A stretch of DNA of 48,131 nt, taken from NCBI GenBank assembly GCA_903938075.1, contig CAJABS010000116.1, positions 1 to 48,131 on the forward strand. The letters run 5' to 3'. Source of the DNA: an uncultured Chloroflexota bacterium. GTDB lineage: Bacteria > Chloroflexota > Limnocylindria > Limnocylindrales > Limnocylindraceae. Position 1 is the stretch's first letter, and each line of letters begins with the position of its first letter. The notes beneath the pieces are model-generated. The model was not told the origin of the DNA, did not search any database, and saw only the letters and a program-made list of their open reading frames with translations. The position numbers and the translations under genes were made by a program. Of the stretch, positions 37,923 to 46,529 are shown piece after piece.

Positions 37923-40847
37923 TCAGCTGCAGCCGCTCGTCGTGCCGCAGGTCATGCACTTGTAGCAGGCTGCATTGCGCACCATGATCGCGCCGCACTC
38001 CATGCACGCAGGTGCATCGGACTGATTCTGGAATCCGAGTCCAGCGACTGCCAGCACACCACCCGTGGCCGCTGGTGCGGCTGGGGCAGCTACTGGTGCT
38101 GGGGTGGTGATCGCTACGGGAGCCGAGACCGACCCCGTTGCGCTGCCGCCCTTGCCGCAGGTGCAGTTCGGACCGCACGACTCCACCGCACCCACGCGAA
38201 CCGTGGCTGGGAGGGCGCCGAGGACCGGACCGCCATCGGTGCGCTCCTGCAGACCGAGGATCTCGCGATCGCCGGCTGGCAGGAAGCGGCTTCCGAGGTA
38301 ACGGAAGACGTAGTCCACGATCGACTTCGCCAGTGGGATCTCGGCGTTGCCGGTGAATCCGCTTGGCTCGAATCGCACGTGAGCAAACTTGTTGACCAGG
38401 TCACGGAGTGGCACGCCGTACTGGAGCGCCACGCTGACGGAGGTCGCGAAGCTGTCGACGAGGCCGCTCACGGTGGAGCCCTCCTTCGCCATCTTCAAGA
38501 AGATCTCGCCTGGCTGACCATCCTCATAGAGGCCGACGGTGAGGTAACCCTCCTGCCCGGCGATCTCGAAGCGATGGGTGATTGCCGTGCGCTCCTTTGG
38601 CAGGCGTCGTCGCGCTGCACCGGCACCAGGCAAGATCGCAGAGGCGACTTCGGCGATTGCCGCTTCGTCCTTCTTCTTGCTGGTGTTGAGCGGCTGCGAG
38701 CGCTTCGAGCCGTCGCGATAGATCGCGATCGCCTTGAGGCCAAGCTTCCAGCCCTGCAGATAGACGCTCTCAATCTCTTCGGCGGTGGCAGCCTCTGGCA
38801 TGTTCACCGTCTTGGAGATTGCGCCGGACAGGAACGGCTGCGCCGCCGCCATCATGCGCACGTGGCCCATGTACTGGATGGAGCGCTGGCCGTTCTTCGC
38901 CTTGAAGGCGCAGTCGAAGACTGAGAGGTGCTCGTCCTTGAGGCCTGGGGCACCCTCGATCGTCTCCTGCTCGTCGATGTACTTGAGGATCGCGGCGACC
39001 TGCTCGGCGTTGTAGCCGAGCTTGACGAGCGCCTCTGGGACCGTCTGGTTGACGATCTTGAGGAAGCCCTCACCGACGAGCTTCTTGTACTTGATCAGGG
39101 CGATGTCTGGCTCAATGCCGGTCGTGTCGCAGTCCATCATGAACGCGATCGTTCCGGTTGGGGCCAACACCGATACCTGGGCGTTGCGGAAGCCGTGCTT
39201 CGTGCCGAGATCGAGTGCTCGATCCCAGGCATCGGTTGCCGCCTTGGCCAGGTCCTTCGGCAGCGTTGCCGTTGGGATCTGGTACGAGGCGTCACGGTGC
39301 TTGCCGATCACGCGAAGGAACGGCTTCTCGTTCTTCTTGTACTCAATGAACGGTCCGCCGTGTGCCGCCGCCGTCTCGGCTGACTGCACGTAGGCCTCGC
39401 CGGTCATGATCGAGGTGATCGCGCCAGCGTAGGCTCGTCCCTCGTCGGAGTCGTACGCCAAACCGCGGCTCATCAAGAGCGCGCCGAGGTTCGCGTAGCC
39501 GAGCCCGAGTGGGCGGAAACGGTGGCTGTTCTCGTCGATCATCGGCGTTGGGTACGACGAGTTGTCCACGAGGATCTCCTGCGCGAGCAGGGTCAGCCGC
39601 GAGGCGTACTTGAAGGACTCCACGTCGAACTCGCCATCTGGGCGCACGAACTTCATGAGGTTCAGTGAGGCCAGGTTGCAGGCGGTGTCGTTGAGGAACA
39701 TGTACTCCGAGCACGGGTTCGACGCATAGATGCGGTCCGTGTTCGACGACGTGTGCCAGTCATTGATCGCCGTGTCGTACTGAATGCCAGGGTCGCCGCA
39801 GACCCACGCCGCCTCCGCCATCTTGCGGAAGACTTCGCGTGCCTTGAGCGTCTCTACCGGCTCGCCGCCAACAACGGCGCGTGTCTGCCACGTGCCATCG
39901 CTCTCAACAGCCTGCATGAACTCGTCGGTGACGCGCACCGAGTGATTCCCGTTCTGGAAGAAGATCGAACCGTAGGCCTCACCGGTGAAGCTGGCGTCGT
40001 AGCCGGCCTCAATGAGTGCCCAGGCCTTCTTCTCTTCGCTGACCTTGGAGTCGATGAACTGCTCGATGTCAGGGTGCTGCACATCGAGGATCACCATCTT
40101 CGCGGCGCGGCGCGTCTTGCCACCGGACTTCACAACACCAGCGAAGGCGTCAAAGCCCTTCATGAACGAGACAGGGCCAGAGGCGGTGCCGCCACCGCTC
40201 ATCTTCTCTTTAGCGCTGCGGATTGGGGAGAGGTTGGAACCTGCACCCGAACCGAACTTGAAGAGCATCGCCTCGGTCTTCGCGAGGTCCATGATCGATG
40301 ACATCGAATCCTGCACACCATTGATGAAGCAGGCCGAGCACTGTGGGCGCTTCTCAACGCCAACGTTGAACCAGACTGGTGAGTTGAAGGCCATCTTCTG
40401 ATTGACGAGCAGGTGGGTCAGCTCGGCAATGAAGGCGGCGCGATCCTCATCGGACTTGAAGTAGTGCTGCTGTTCAGCCCATGCATCAATCTGACCGGCT
40501 ACACGACCGATCAGCTGGCGAACGCTTGTCTCGCGCTCTGGGCTGCCAATGTGGCCACGGAAATACTTCGAGACCACAACGTTGGTGGCGAGCTGTGACC
40601 ATGAGGCGGGCACCTCAACGTCCTTCTGCTCGAAGACGCTCTTACCGCTCTCGTTACCGATGGATGCGGTGCGGGTCTCCCACTGAATTTCGTCGTATGG
40701 ATGAACGCCGGCGGTGGTCCAACGTCGATCCCAGGCAAGGCCCTTTGTGCCCTTGCCATCAAAGCTCAACGGTGGCAGCGGCTGCGCCGTCGCCTTCTCA
40801 ATCGTTGCCTTTGTTGCCGCCTTCGCGGCGTCTACCAAGCCCGCCAT
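37923..40847 (-). CDS. nrdJ: Adenosylcobalamin-dependent (class II) ribonucleotide reductase with a C-terminal Cys-rich tail
   Basis: 974 aa. NPCSEYMFLNDTACNLASLNL, VSVLAPTGTIAF, and a C-terminal linker followed by CMECGAIMVRNAACYKCMTCGTTSGCS. RBS GAGGGAG. Confidence 0.9.
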   Translation of the reverse strand: MAGLVDAAKAATKATIEKATAQPLPPLSFDGKGTKGLAWDRRWTTAGVHPYDEIQWETRTASIGNESGKSVFEQKDVEVPASWSQLATNVVVSKYFRGHIGSPERETSVRQLIGRVAGQIDAWAEQQHYFKSDEDRAAFIAELTHLLVNQKMAFNSPVWFNVGVEKRPQCSACFINGVQDSMSSIMDLAKTEAMLFKFGSGAGSNLSPIRSAKEKMSGGGTASGPVSFMKGFDAFAGVVKSGGKTRRAAKMVILDVQHPDIEQFIDSKVSEEKKAWALIEAGYDASFTGEAYGSIFFQNGNHSVRVTDEFMQAVESDGTWQTRAVVGGEPVETLKAREVFRKMAEAAWVCGDPGIQYDTAINDWHTSSNTDRIYASNPCSEYMFLNDTACNLASLNLMKFVRPDGEFDVESFKYASRLTLLAQEILVDNSSYPTPMIDENSHRFRPLGLGYANLGALLMSRGLAYDSDEGRAYAGAITSIMTGEAYVQSAETAAAHGGPFIEYKKNEKPFLRVIGKHRDASYQIPTATLPKDLAKAATDAWDRALDLGTKHGFRNAQVSVLAPTGTIAFMMDCDTTGIEPDIALIKYKKLVGEGFLKIVNQTVPEALVKLGYNAEQVAAILKYIDEQETIEGAPGLKDEHLSVFDCAFKAKNGQRSIQYMGHVRMMAAAQPFLSGAISKTVNMPEAATAEEIESVYLQGWKLGLKAIAIYRDGSKRSQPLNTSKKKDEAAIAEVASAILPGAGAARRRLPKERTAITHRFEIAGQEGYLTVGLYEDGQPGEIFLKMAKEGSTVSGLVDSFATSVSVALQYGVPLRDLVNKFAHVRFEPSGFTGNAEIPLAKSIVDYVFRYLGSRFLPAGDREILGLQERTDGGPVLGALPATVRVGAVESCGPNCTCGKGGSATGSVSAPVAITTPAPVAAPAAPAATGGVLAVAGLGFQNQSDAPACMECGAIMVRNAACYKCMTCGTTSGCS

Positions 40848-40948
40848 GTTCTACTCCCTCTTCTGCCTCGAAATGTGAGGCCCACCATCTCTGTTCCCAA
40901 TCAACGATTGGGCGCACAAAGCCCCTGCCGTGTAGCAGCGGGAGACGA

Positions 40949-40977
40949 ATCCTATGTCCCCTGTGGTGTGGCGTCAA
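40949..40977 (-). promoter_or_regulatory. Candidate sigma-A type promoter for nrdJ (TTGACG, 17 bp spacer, TAGGAT)
   Basis: The minus strand reads TTGACG (complement of 40972-40977), then a 17-nt spacer, then TAGGAT (complement of 40949-40954). This would give a 5' UTR of about 95 nt. Confidence 0.3.
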
Positions 40978-40985
40978 TCCCCCAA

Positions 40986-41001
40986 CCACAACATATGGTG
41001 G
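40986..41001 (-). promoter_or_regulatory. Candidate NrdR box 1
   Basis: The imperfect palindrome CCACCATATGTTGTGG (minus strand) matches 12/16 positions of the NrdR-box consensus as I recall it (acaCwAtATaTwGtgt). It lies 9 bp upstream of the putative -35. Confidence 0.35.
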
Positions 41002-41133
41002 TGTTACAGGCAAGTGTTACCGCACATGTTGTGGTTTGGCTGCATTTCGCCTTTGTTACAGAATTTGCCGCACGGCGGGAGCCCGGCCCACGCTCAACCG
41101 AGGCGATTGGGTAGGGGAGGGGGTTTGTTACAG
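41002..41133. repeat. Four copies of TGTTAC(A/C)G in the nrdJ-ccsA intergenic region
   Basis: Copies at 41002-41009, 41015-41022, 41054-41061 and 41126-41133. The last two share the 10-mer TTGTTACAGA. Confidence 0.6.
41019..41034 (-). promoter_or_regulatory. Candidate NrdR box 2 (weak)
   Basis: CCACAACATGTGCGGT (minus strand), about 10/16 to the consensus. It lies 33 bp from box 1, close to the three-helical-turn spacing typical of tandem NrdR boxes. Confidence 0.2.
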
Positions 41134-42045
41134 ACCCGAGTAGGTGTGGAGTCCAGTGAACCAGAGGTTCCCGGAGTAGGTCAGCAGTACGGCGATAAAG
41201 CCGATTACCAAGAGGAGGGCGGCGGGCCGACCCTGCCAGCCGCGCTGGCTGCGGGCGTGCAGGTAGACGGCGTAGATCAGCCAGGTAGCGAGGGCCGAGG
41301 TCTCCTTTGGATCCCACCCCCCGAAGCGACTCCAGGCGATGGAGGCCCAGATCGACCCAAGGATGAGCATTCCGGCAAAGAGCGGGAAGGCAACAGTGAC
41401 GGCGCGGAAGGCAACCAGATCAAGGCGCTTTGCCGGTGGCAGCCAACTGTATCGATCGGTGTCGCCTTGGAGCAAGTAGGCGACACCTGCCGCAAAGGCG
41501 AAGGCGAAGATGCCGTAGCTCAGCATCGCCATGCCGACATGGATGGTGAGCAGCAGTGGATGTTGCAGTGCGGGCACCAAGTCAACCACCACATTCGGCA
41601 GCGTTGCCGCATAGGCGAGTAGTGCAAGCGCAACGCCGTAGGCGATGGTGCTGAGTGCGGTGAATCGCTGCTTGCGATCAAAGACGATCGCTGCAGCGCA
41701 GATACCGAAAGCGAAGGAGATGGTGAACTCGTAGAGGTTCCCCCATGGCCCGCGGCCGACGACGATGGCGCGGGCGATCAGCGCAACGCCGAGCGAACTC
41801 GTTGCAGCGATTGCGAGTGCGCCAGCGATCCCACTGATCGGGCTCGACGATTCGGCGGGGGTTGGCGCGCCACCATCGAGTTGCTCAGCGAGGTTGCCGC
41901 GCATCGATGCAGCAGCGGTCGCGAGTCGTGGCGTGACGGCGCGGTCGCCTTGAGCTACGAGGACAAGGTGCACGACATAGAGGGCGAAAGCGCCGACGAG
42001 GGCAATGGCTCCAACGACGACGAGGTAGAAGGAGAGGGTTGCCAC
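41128..42045 (-). CDS. ccsA: Cytochrome c biogenesis protein CcsA/ResC family
   Basis: 305 aa and polytopic. Trp-rich heme-handling motif WSRFGGWDPKETSAL followed by a conserved His region (YLHAR). GTG start. Confidence 0.85.
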   Translation of the reverse strand: MATLSFYLVVVGAIALVGAFALYVVHLVLVAQGDRAVTPRLATAAASMRGNLAEQLDGGAPTPAESSSPISGIAGALAIAATSSLGVALIARAIVVGRGPWGNLYEFTISFAFGICAAAIVFDRKQRFTALSTIAYGVALALLAYAATLPNVVVDLVPALQHPLLLTIHVGMAMLSYGIFAFAFAAGVAYLLQGDTDRYSWLPPAKRLDLVAFRAVTVAFPLFAGMLILGSIWASIAWSRFGGWDPKETSALATWLIYAVYLHARSQRGWQGRPAALLLVIGFIAVLLTYSGNLWFTGLHTYSGL

Positions 42046-42525
42046 TTAGGCGCGAGCCGCGCCGCCAGGAGGCGGTGCAGCGGGGCGCTCCAAGGCGATC
42101 GGCGTTCGGGCGCGGAGCTCAAGGCCGCAGGCGTCGCAGGTGCTGCGCTCTGCGATACGAACCGCGAGACAGCTAGGGCAGGCGATCAGGAGCAGCTCGC
42201 CGCGGAGCGAGCGGGTGCTCCCATTTGGATAGATCGCCGCCTCACTGGCGGCATAGGGGCGCCCGGCGGGGAACTGCGGTCGCCCATCGGCACCGATCGG
42301 GGCGGGGGTGGGGAGGGGTGCGCCAACCTTCAGCTGCGCGCCACGCTTGGTGATGCCGACCAGGGTCCAAATGCCACCTGTGGAGAGGAGCCAGAGCAGC
42401 ACAAGCGGGGCGATAAAGACGGGGAGGAGGCCGATCAGGGCGGCCCAGTCCGGCGTCACAAGGGCGGGGACGAACGTGCTGATCCAGGCGAAGAACTCGG
42501 CAATACCTGCGGCAATCTCGCTCAT
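42046..42525 (-). CDS. Hypothetical membrane protein with a C-terminal zinc-ribbon (CPSC..CDAC)
   Basis: 159 aa. Two N-terminal hydrophobic segments, a Pro-rich linker, then CPSCLAVRIAERSTCDACG. Its TAA is directly adjacent to the ccsA GTG. Confidence 0.55.
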   Translation of the reverse strand: MSEIAAGIAEFFAWISTFVPALVTPDWAALIGLLPVFIAPLVLLWLLSTGGIWTLVGITKRGAQLKVGAPLPTPAPIGADGRPQFPAGRPYAASEAAIYPNGSTRSLRGELLLIACPSCLAVRIAERSTCDACGLELRARTPIALERPAAPPPGGAARA

Positions 42526-42534
42526 GCTTTGATC

Positions 42535-43038
42535 CTAGCGGGGGCGCGGCGGACGCGTTGCGGGGCCGCGTTTCGCGGTCGCCCCGCGCCCTGGTCGCCA
42601 GCGTCGCTCGGAGTCACCCTCATCTTTGTTCGGCGCGGCACGTCGTGGGCCAGATCCGCCAATGCTTGGCGGGCGCCCGCCGCTTCCAGCGATTGGGGTG
42701 CGTGGCGGGCCGCCAATGGCGTCGCGGAAGTAGCGGGCGCTGACCACGGAGGTACCGAGCGCCGTGCACCGTGCGGCAAGGCCGCGGTCATCGGTCACAA
42801 CAACGATGCGGTCAGCTGAGCCAGGATCGGGTGTGCCAATCGCCTCGACGATCTTGTCGTCAGCGGAACGCGCCCCACCATCGCGGAAGACCTCGATCGC
42901 GACCCCGGGGGTAATGGTCCGGCGCAGCGTCGCCTCGAGGTTGTTGAGGCGCCCCTCATCTCGGCCACCGACGAGGTTGTTGCCGTCCACCAGCAGGCGC
43001 TTCGCGTTGCGTAGGGTGACGCGCTCCTGATCTACCAT
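42535..43038 (-). CDS. NYN/PIN-like domain protein (YacP-like)
   Basis: 167 aa. LLVDGNNLVGG near the N-terminus and IVVVTDDRGL. Basic C-terminal tail. Confidence 0.6.
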   Translation of the reverse strand: MVDQERVTLRNAKRLLVDGNNLVGGRDEGRLNNLEATLRRTITPGVAIEVFRDGGARSADDKIVEAIGTPDPGSADRIVVVTDDRGLAARCTALGTSVVSARYFRDAIGGPPRTPIAGSGGRPPSIGGSGPRRAAPNKDEGDSERRWRPGRGATAKRGPATRPPRPR

Positions 43039-43044
43039 CGCCGC

Positions 43045-43884
43045 ATGCTCCTTTGTGTTGATCTTGACGGGGTTGTCTACCGCGGCAGCGAGCCGGTGCC
43101 TGGTGTCGGCCCGCTCCTCACGGAACGCGTTGCTGGTGGCGATCGCGTGATCTACGTCACCAACAACAGTTTCCTGCGCCGCGTTGAGTATCGCTCACGC
43201 ATCGAAGCGTGTGGTGCACCGCTCTCAACACACGGCATCGTCACTGCCGCATCGGCCGTGGCGCAGCACTTTGTCGAGAAGGGGTATCGCCACATCTTGG
43301 TGTACGGAGCGGAGGGTCTCGCCGCCGAGCTGCGCGACGCTGGGCTCGACGCCTGCCGCACCGCCGAGTTTGATGGGCCAGAGTCACTCGCGGTGTGGGG
43401 GGTTGATGCGGTCACAGTCGGCCTCGACCGCGAGGCCGATTGGCACGACCTTGCCGTCGCCACCGACGCCGTGCGCGCCGGAGCGCCGCTCATCGTGCCG
43501 AACCGCGACGCCAACTACCCCGATCCGGGTCGGCTGGTGCCAGGCACTGGTGCCGCCGTCGCAGCGCTGGAGGCGGCTACTGGGGTGCGCGCAACCGCGA
43601 TCGGTAAGCCAGCCCCCGATCTGCTGTTGCAGGCGGCGGCACTCGACGGGAGCGACATTCGCGACGCGATCATGATTGGCGACTCTCCCGCGACCGACAT
43701 CGCTGCGGCGAATGCGGCGGGGTGTCGCTCCATTCTGTTGATGACCGGCGTTGGCGCAGGCGTTGGTGCGGTGCAGATCGGCGACCTGCCCGAGGCGCAG
43801 CGCCCAACCTGGGTTGCGCGTGATGCGGCGGAGATGGCGGGCATCCTTGCTACCGCCACAGCGAATGGGTCTGCACGTGGCTAA
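43045..43884 (+). CDS. HAD-superfamily hydrolase, subfamily IIA (NagD-like)
   Basis: 279 aa. LLCVDLDGVVYRG, VTNNS, IGDSPATDIAAANAAG. Confidence 0.8.
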   Translation: MLLCVDLDGVVYRGSEPVPGVGPLLTERVAGGDRVIYVTNNSFLRRVEYRSRIEACGAPLSTHGIVTAASAVAQHFVEKGYRHILVYGAEGLAAELRDAGLDACRTAEFDGPESLAVWGVDAVTVGLDREADWHDLAVATDAVRAGAPLIVPNRDANYPDPGRLVPGTGAAVAALEAATGVRATAIGKPAPDLLLQAAALDGSDIRDAIMIGDSPATDIAAANAAGCRSILLMTGVGAGVGAVQIGDLPEAQRPTWVARDAAEMAGILATATANGSARG

Positions 43885-44878
43885 CAGCTTCCTCGACCTA
43901 TGGCGCGCGTCGGGGCGAGACCACGAGCTCGGCAAGACAGGCTCACTGCCAGCCCCGCTTGATCGCCTCAACGGCGAGACACTCGCCGCGCGCGATGGCG
44001 CACACCCACTCGCGTTCCTCACCGGCGCTGAACTCCTGACACCCTGTACGGGCGGCCTTACCGGCGACATCGAGATTCGCGCAGGGAGCCTCGTTGGTGG
44101 TGAGATTCATGCCCGTCTCCGTGTTCGTGCAGCCAAAGAGATCAAGGCGCGCGGAACGCGCGTTGCCCTCAAGGGGTATCTCGTCCGCGAGGTCACGCAA
44201 TCGCACACAGAGAAGGTGGGCGATCAAGAAAACACCACAACATGGATCGAGGTGCTTGCCACCGAGATTGCCAACGTGCCACTGATTGAGATCGCCGTGC
44301 CAGCAACACTCGCCCCAAATGATGAGATTGATCTCGCGATGCTTGCACCCGCGCCAAAACTTGGACCACCCTCCGTGCATCTCGGTGCCTATATGGTGGT
44401 CTGGACGCTGCAGGTGGAGTGGGACATCGCCGCGGGCGCCGACGAGCGGGTGGCCGCCGTCATTGACGTTGCGCAGAACCCAGACCTGCTGCGATCGGGT
44501 GTCCTTTCGCTCGGTCCGTCGGCGATGATGGCCGCCTGGTCTGAAGGGGAAGTCTCTATGGATGTGGATCCAGCACCACCCATCGCACCAGGCAGCACCT
44601 TGAAGGTCAACGTTCGTTGGCCGAGCGCCTCTGGTGGCCGTGGCGCCCGCGTGGAGCTCTACGCCGACCTAAAGATGGCGCTGCCGGTGCGCATTGCTGC
44701 CGCTGCATTAGCAACGAGCGACCTTGCGAAAGGGAGCGAGATTACGTTTGAGATCCCAAACGACGCACCGCCCGTGTTTGACGGCGCGGGCCTCTCGCTT
44801 CGCTATCGCATTCGCGTGCTGATTGATCGCCCGCTGCGCAGCGATCTTGCTGCAGAGCGCAACGTGGTGATCGGCTAA
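43865..44878 (+). CDS. Hypothetical protein, possibly a two-lobed beta-sandwich (arrestin/Spo0M-like)
   Basis: In-frame ATG at 43865 (or GTG at 43877) overlapping the HAD gene end. Beta-rich alternating pattern (GEIHARLRVRA..VALKGYLVREV.., LKVNVRWPS..VELYADL..LRYRIRVLIDRP). The family assignment is a guess. Confidence 0.4.
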   Translation: MGLHVANSFLDLWRASGRDHELGKTGSLPAPLDRLNGETLAARDGAHPLAFLTGAELLTPCTGGLTGDIEIRAGSLVGGEIHARLRVRAAKEIKARGTRVALKGYLVREVTQSHTEKVGDQENTTTWIEVLATEIANVPLIEIAVPATLAPNDEIDLAMLAPAPKLGPPSVHLGAYMVVWTLQVEWDIAAGADERVAAVIDVAQNPDLLRSGVLSLGPSAMMAAWSEGEVSMDVDPAPPIAPGSTLKVNVRWPSASGGRGARVELYADLKMALPVRIAAAALATSDLAKGSEITFEIPNDAPPVFDGAGLSLRYRIRVLIDRPLRSDLAAERNVVIG

Positions 44879-45510
44879 GCGACGCTGCGCAGAGCCGTTG
44901 CGGCAATGCTCGTACCGAATCCAATAATGAGCATCTGACCAACGATGCGTGTTGCGGTGACCGCGCGCTCTGGAAGGATGCGACCCGCCGCCGCGCCAAT
45001 CCCTCCCAACAAGAGTTGCCACGAGAGGCTTGCCCCCGCGGCGCCAAGGGTGAAGGCGACGGCGTTCATCGGGTCGCTCCCGAGTCCTGGGAGCCCGATG
45101 GCGAGCGCCAAGAAGTAGAGGATCGTTGCGGGGTTAATGGCGGTGAGGGCGATGAAGCGCAGGTAGAGCTCCCGCGCACTCCCGCGCACCCGCGGATCGG
45201 TGGCGGCATCAGCCCTGGTGCTTGAAGCGCGGAGCGAGAGGAGCCCGCGGACTCCGATTGAGATCAGAATGCCACCAGAAAGGACCTGGAGCGGCACGAG
45301 CGCGACGGCGAGGAGCTGGTTGAGGAGGCCCCCCACCACGAGCGCCAGCGAGCAGAAGAGCAGGTCGACCGTCGCCGCACCAGCACCAGCGGCAAAGCCG
45401 CGGCGGAGGCCACCCATCATCCCCGTCTCAATGATGAGTACGGCGATCACGCCAACAGGGACAGCGATTGCGTAGCCTGCGAATACACCCGCGAGCAGTG
45501 CGTCAAACAT
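44875..45510 (-). CDS. LysE/RhtB-family amino-acid exporter
   Basis: ATG at complement 45508-45510 gives MFDALLAGVFAGYAIAVPVGVIAVLIIETG. About 6 TM segments. The upstream 76 codons of the track ORF are rejected. Confidence 0.7.
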   Translation of the reverse strand: MFDALLAGVFAGYAIAVPVGVIAVLIIETGMMGGLRRGFAAGAGAATVDLLFCSLALVVGGLLNQLLAVALVPLQVLSGGILISIGVRGLLSLRASSTRADAATDPRVRGSARELYLRFIALTAINPATILYFLALAIGLPGLGSDPMNAVAFTLGAAGASLSWQLLLGGIGAAAGRILPERAVTATRIVGQMLIIGFGTSIAATALRSVA

Positions 45511-45571
45511 CGGCGCATCATAGAGTAGAGCGGCGACCCTAAGAGGTCCTCGAAGCGAATTGGGAGGTTGT

Positions 45572-46504
45572 ATGGCACGAGTCTTTCTCACCGGTGCAAC
45601 GGGATTCGTTGGGAGCCACGTGCTGCCAGCACTGCTGAACGCAGGACACTCCGTTACCGCTCTTGTACGCAGCGATGCACGTGCGACGGCGCTGCTCGCG
45701 CGCGTAGCCGCCTCCCCAGGCAAACTCGAAACGCGCATTGGTCATGTCAACGATCGCGCCTCGCTCGACGCGGCGATGGTCGGCTGCGATGCGGTAGTGC
45801 ATCTTGTTGCTCTGCCACGCGACTGGAACGATGGCGCCGACCTTGAACGCGTCAACGCCGTAGGCACCGCCACAGTCGTCGCCGCGGCCGAGGCGGCTGG
45901 CATCAAGCGCTTCATTCACCTCGGTGCGCTCGGCGTACAGGAGCGACCGGAGTTGCACTACGCCAGCTCCAAGGCGCGTGGCGAGGGCTTTGTTCGCGCC
46001 TCATCACTGGACTGGACGATCCTCAAGCCGAGCCTGATTTGGGGCGAGCGCGACGGCTTCTTCAACATCGTCGCGGCGCTCGTCAAGATTCCAGCCCCCG
46101 CTGTGCCAGTTCCTGGCAACGGGAAGAGCCGCTTCCAGCCGGTCTGGGTTGGCGATGTTGCCCGCGCCATCGTGCAGGTGCTCGACACGCCGAAGGGGAG
46201 CATCAAGGCATCGTTCGAACTAGGCGGTCCGCGCTACTGGACCTACGCCGAGATCACCCGGGAGGTGGCGCGTGCCCTTGGGAAGCGCCGCATCATCATT
46301 CCAATGCCGGTGCCGCTCATCACCCTCGTGGCGCGTATCTCTGAGGCGATTCGTCTCCCGTTCCCTGTTGCAACAGATCAGTTGCGCCAGTTGGCACTAG
46401 ATAACATCGGCGCGACGGATGCGGTCGAGCGCGAGCTTGGCTTTGCCCCAGTCGACATGGGTGGCCGACTCGGCTACCTCAAGCGGAAGATCAGCAAGCA
46501 GTAG
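45572..46504 (+). CDS. NAD(P)-dependent epimerase/dehydratase-type SDR (NDUFA9/NmrA-like)
   Basis: MARVFLTGATGFVGSHVLPALL, Rossmann TGxxGxxG motif. Confidence 0.7.
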   Translation: MARVFLTGATGFVGSHVLPALLNAGHSVTALVRSDARATALLARVAASPGKLETRIGHVNDRASLDAAMVGCDAVVHLVALPRDWNDGADLERVNAVGTATVVAAAEAAGIKRFIHLGALGVQERPELHYASSKARGEGFVRASSLDWTILKPSLIWGERDGFFNIVAALVKIPAPAVPVPGNGKSRFQPVWVGDVARAIVQVLDTPKGSIKASFELGGPRYWTYAEITREVARALGKRRIIIPMPVPLITLVARISEAIRLPFPVATDQLRQLALDNIGATDAVERELGFAPVDMGGRLGYLKRKISKQ

Positions 46505-46529
46505 GCGTCGCCGCCGCGAGGAGGATCAG

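Noticed and set aside
40481-41143. 220-aa plus-strand ORF spanning the nrdJ start and the nrdJ-ccsA intergenic region
   Set aside because: It overlaps the nrdJ N-terminus antisense and runs through the probable promoter region. Its Arg/Ser/Pro-rich translation has no motifs.
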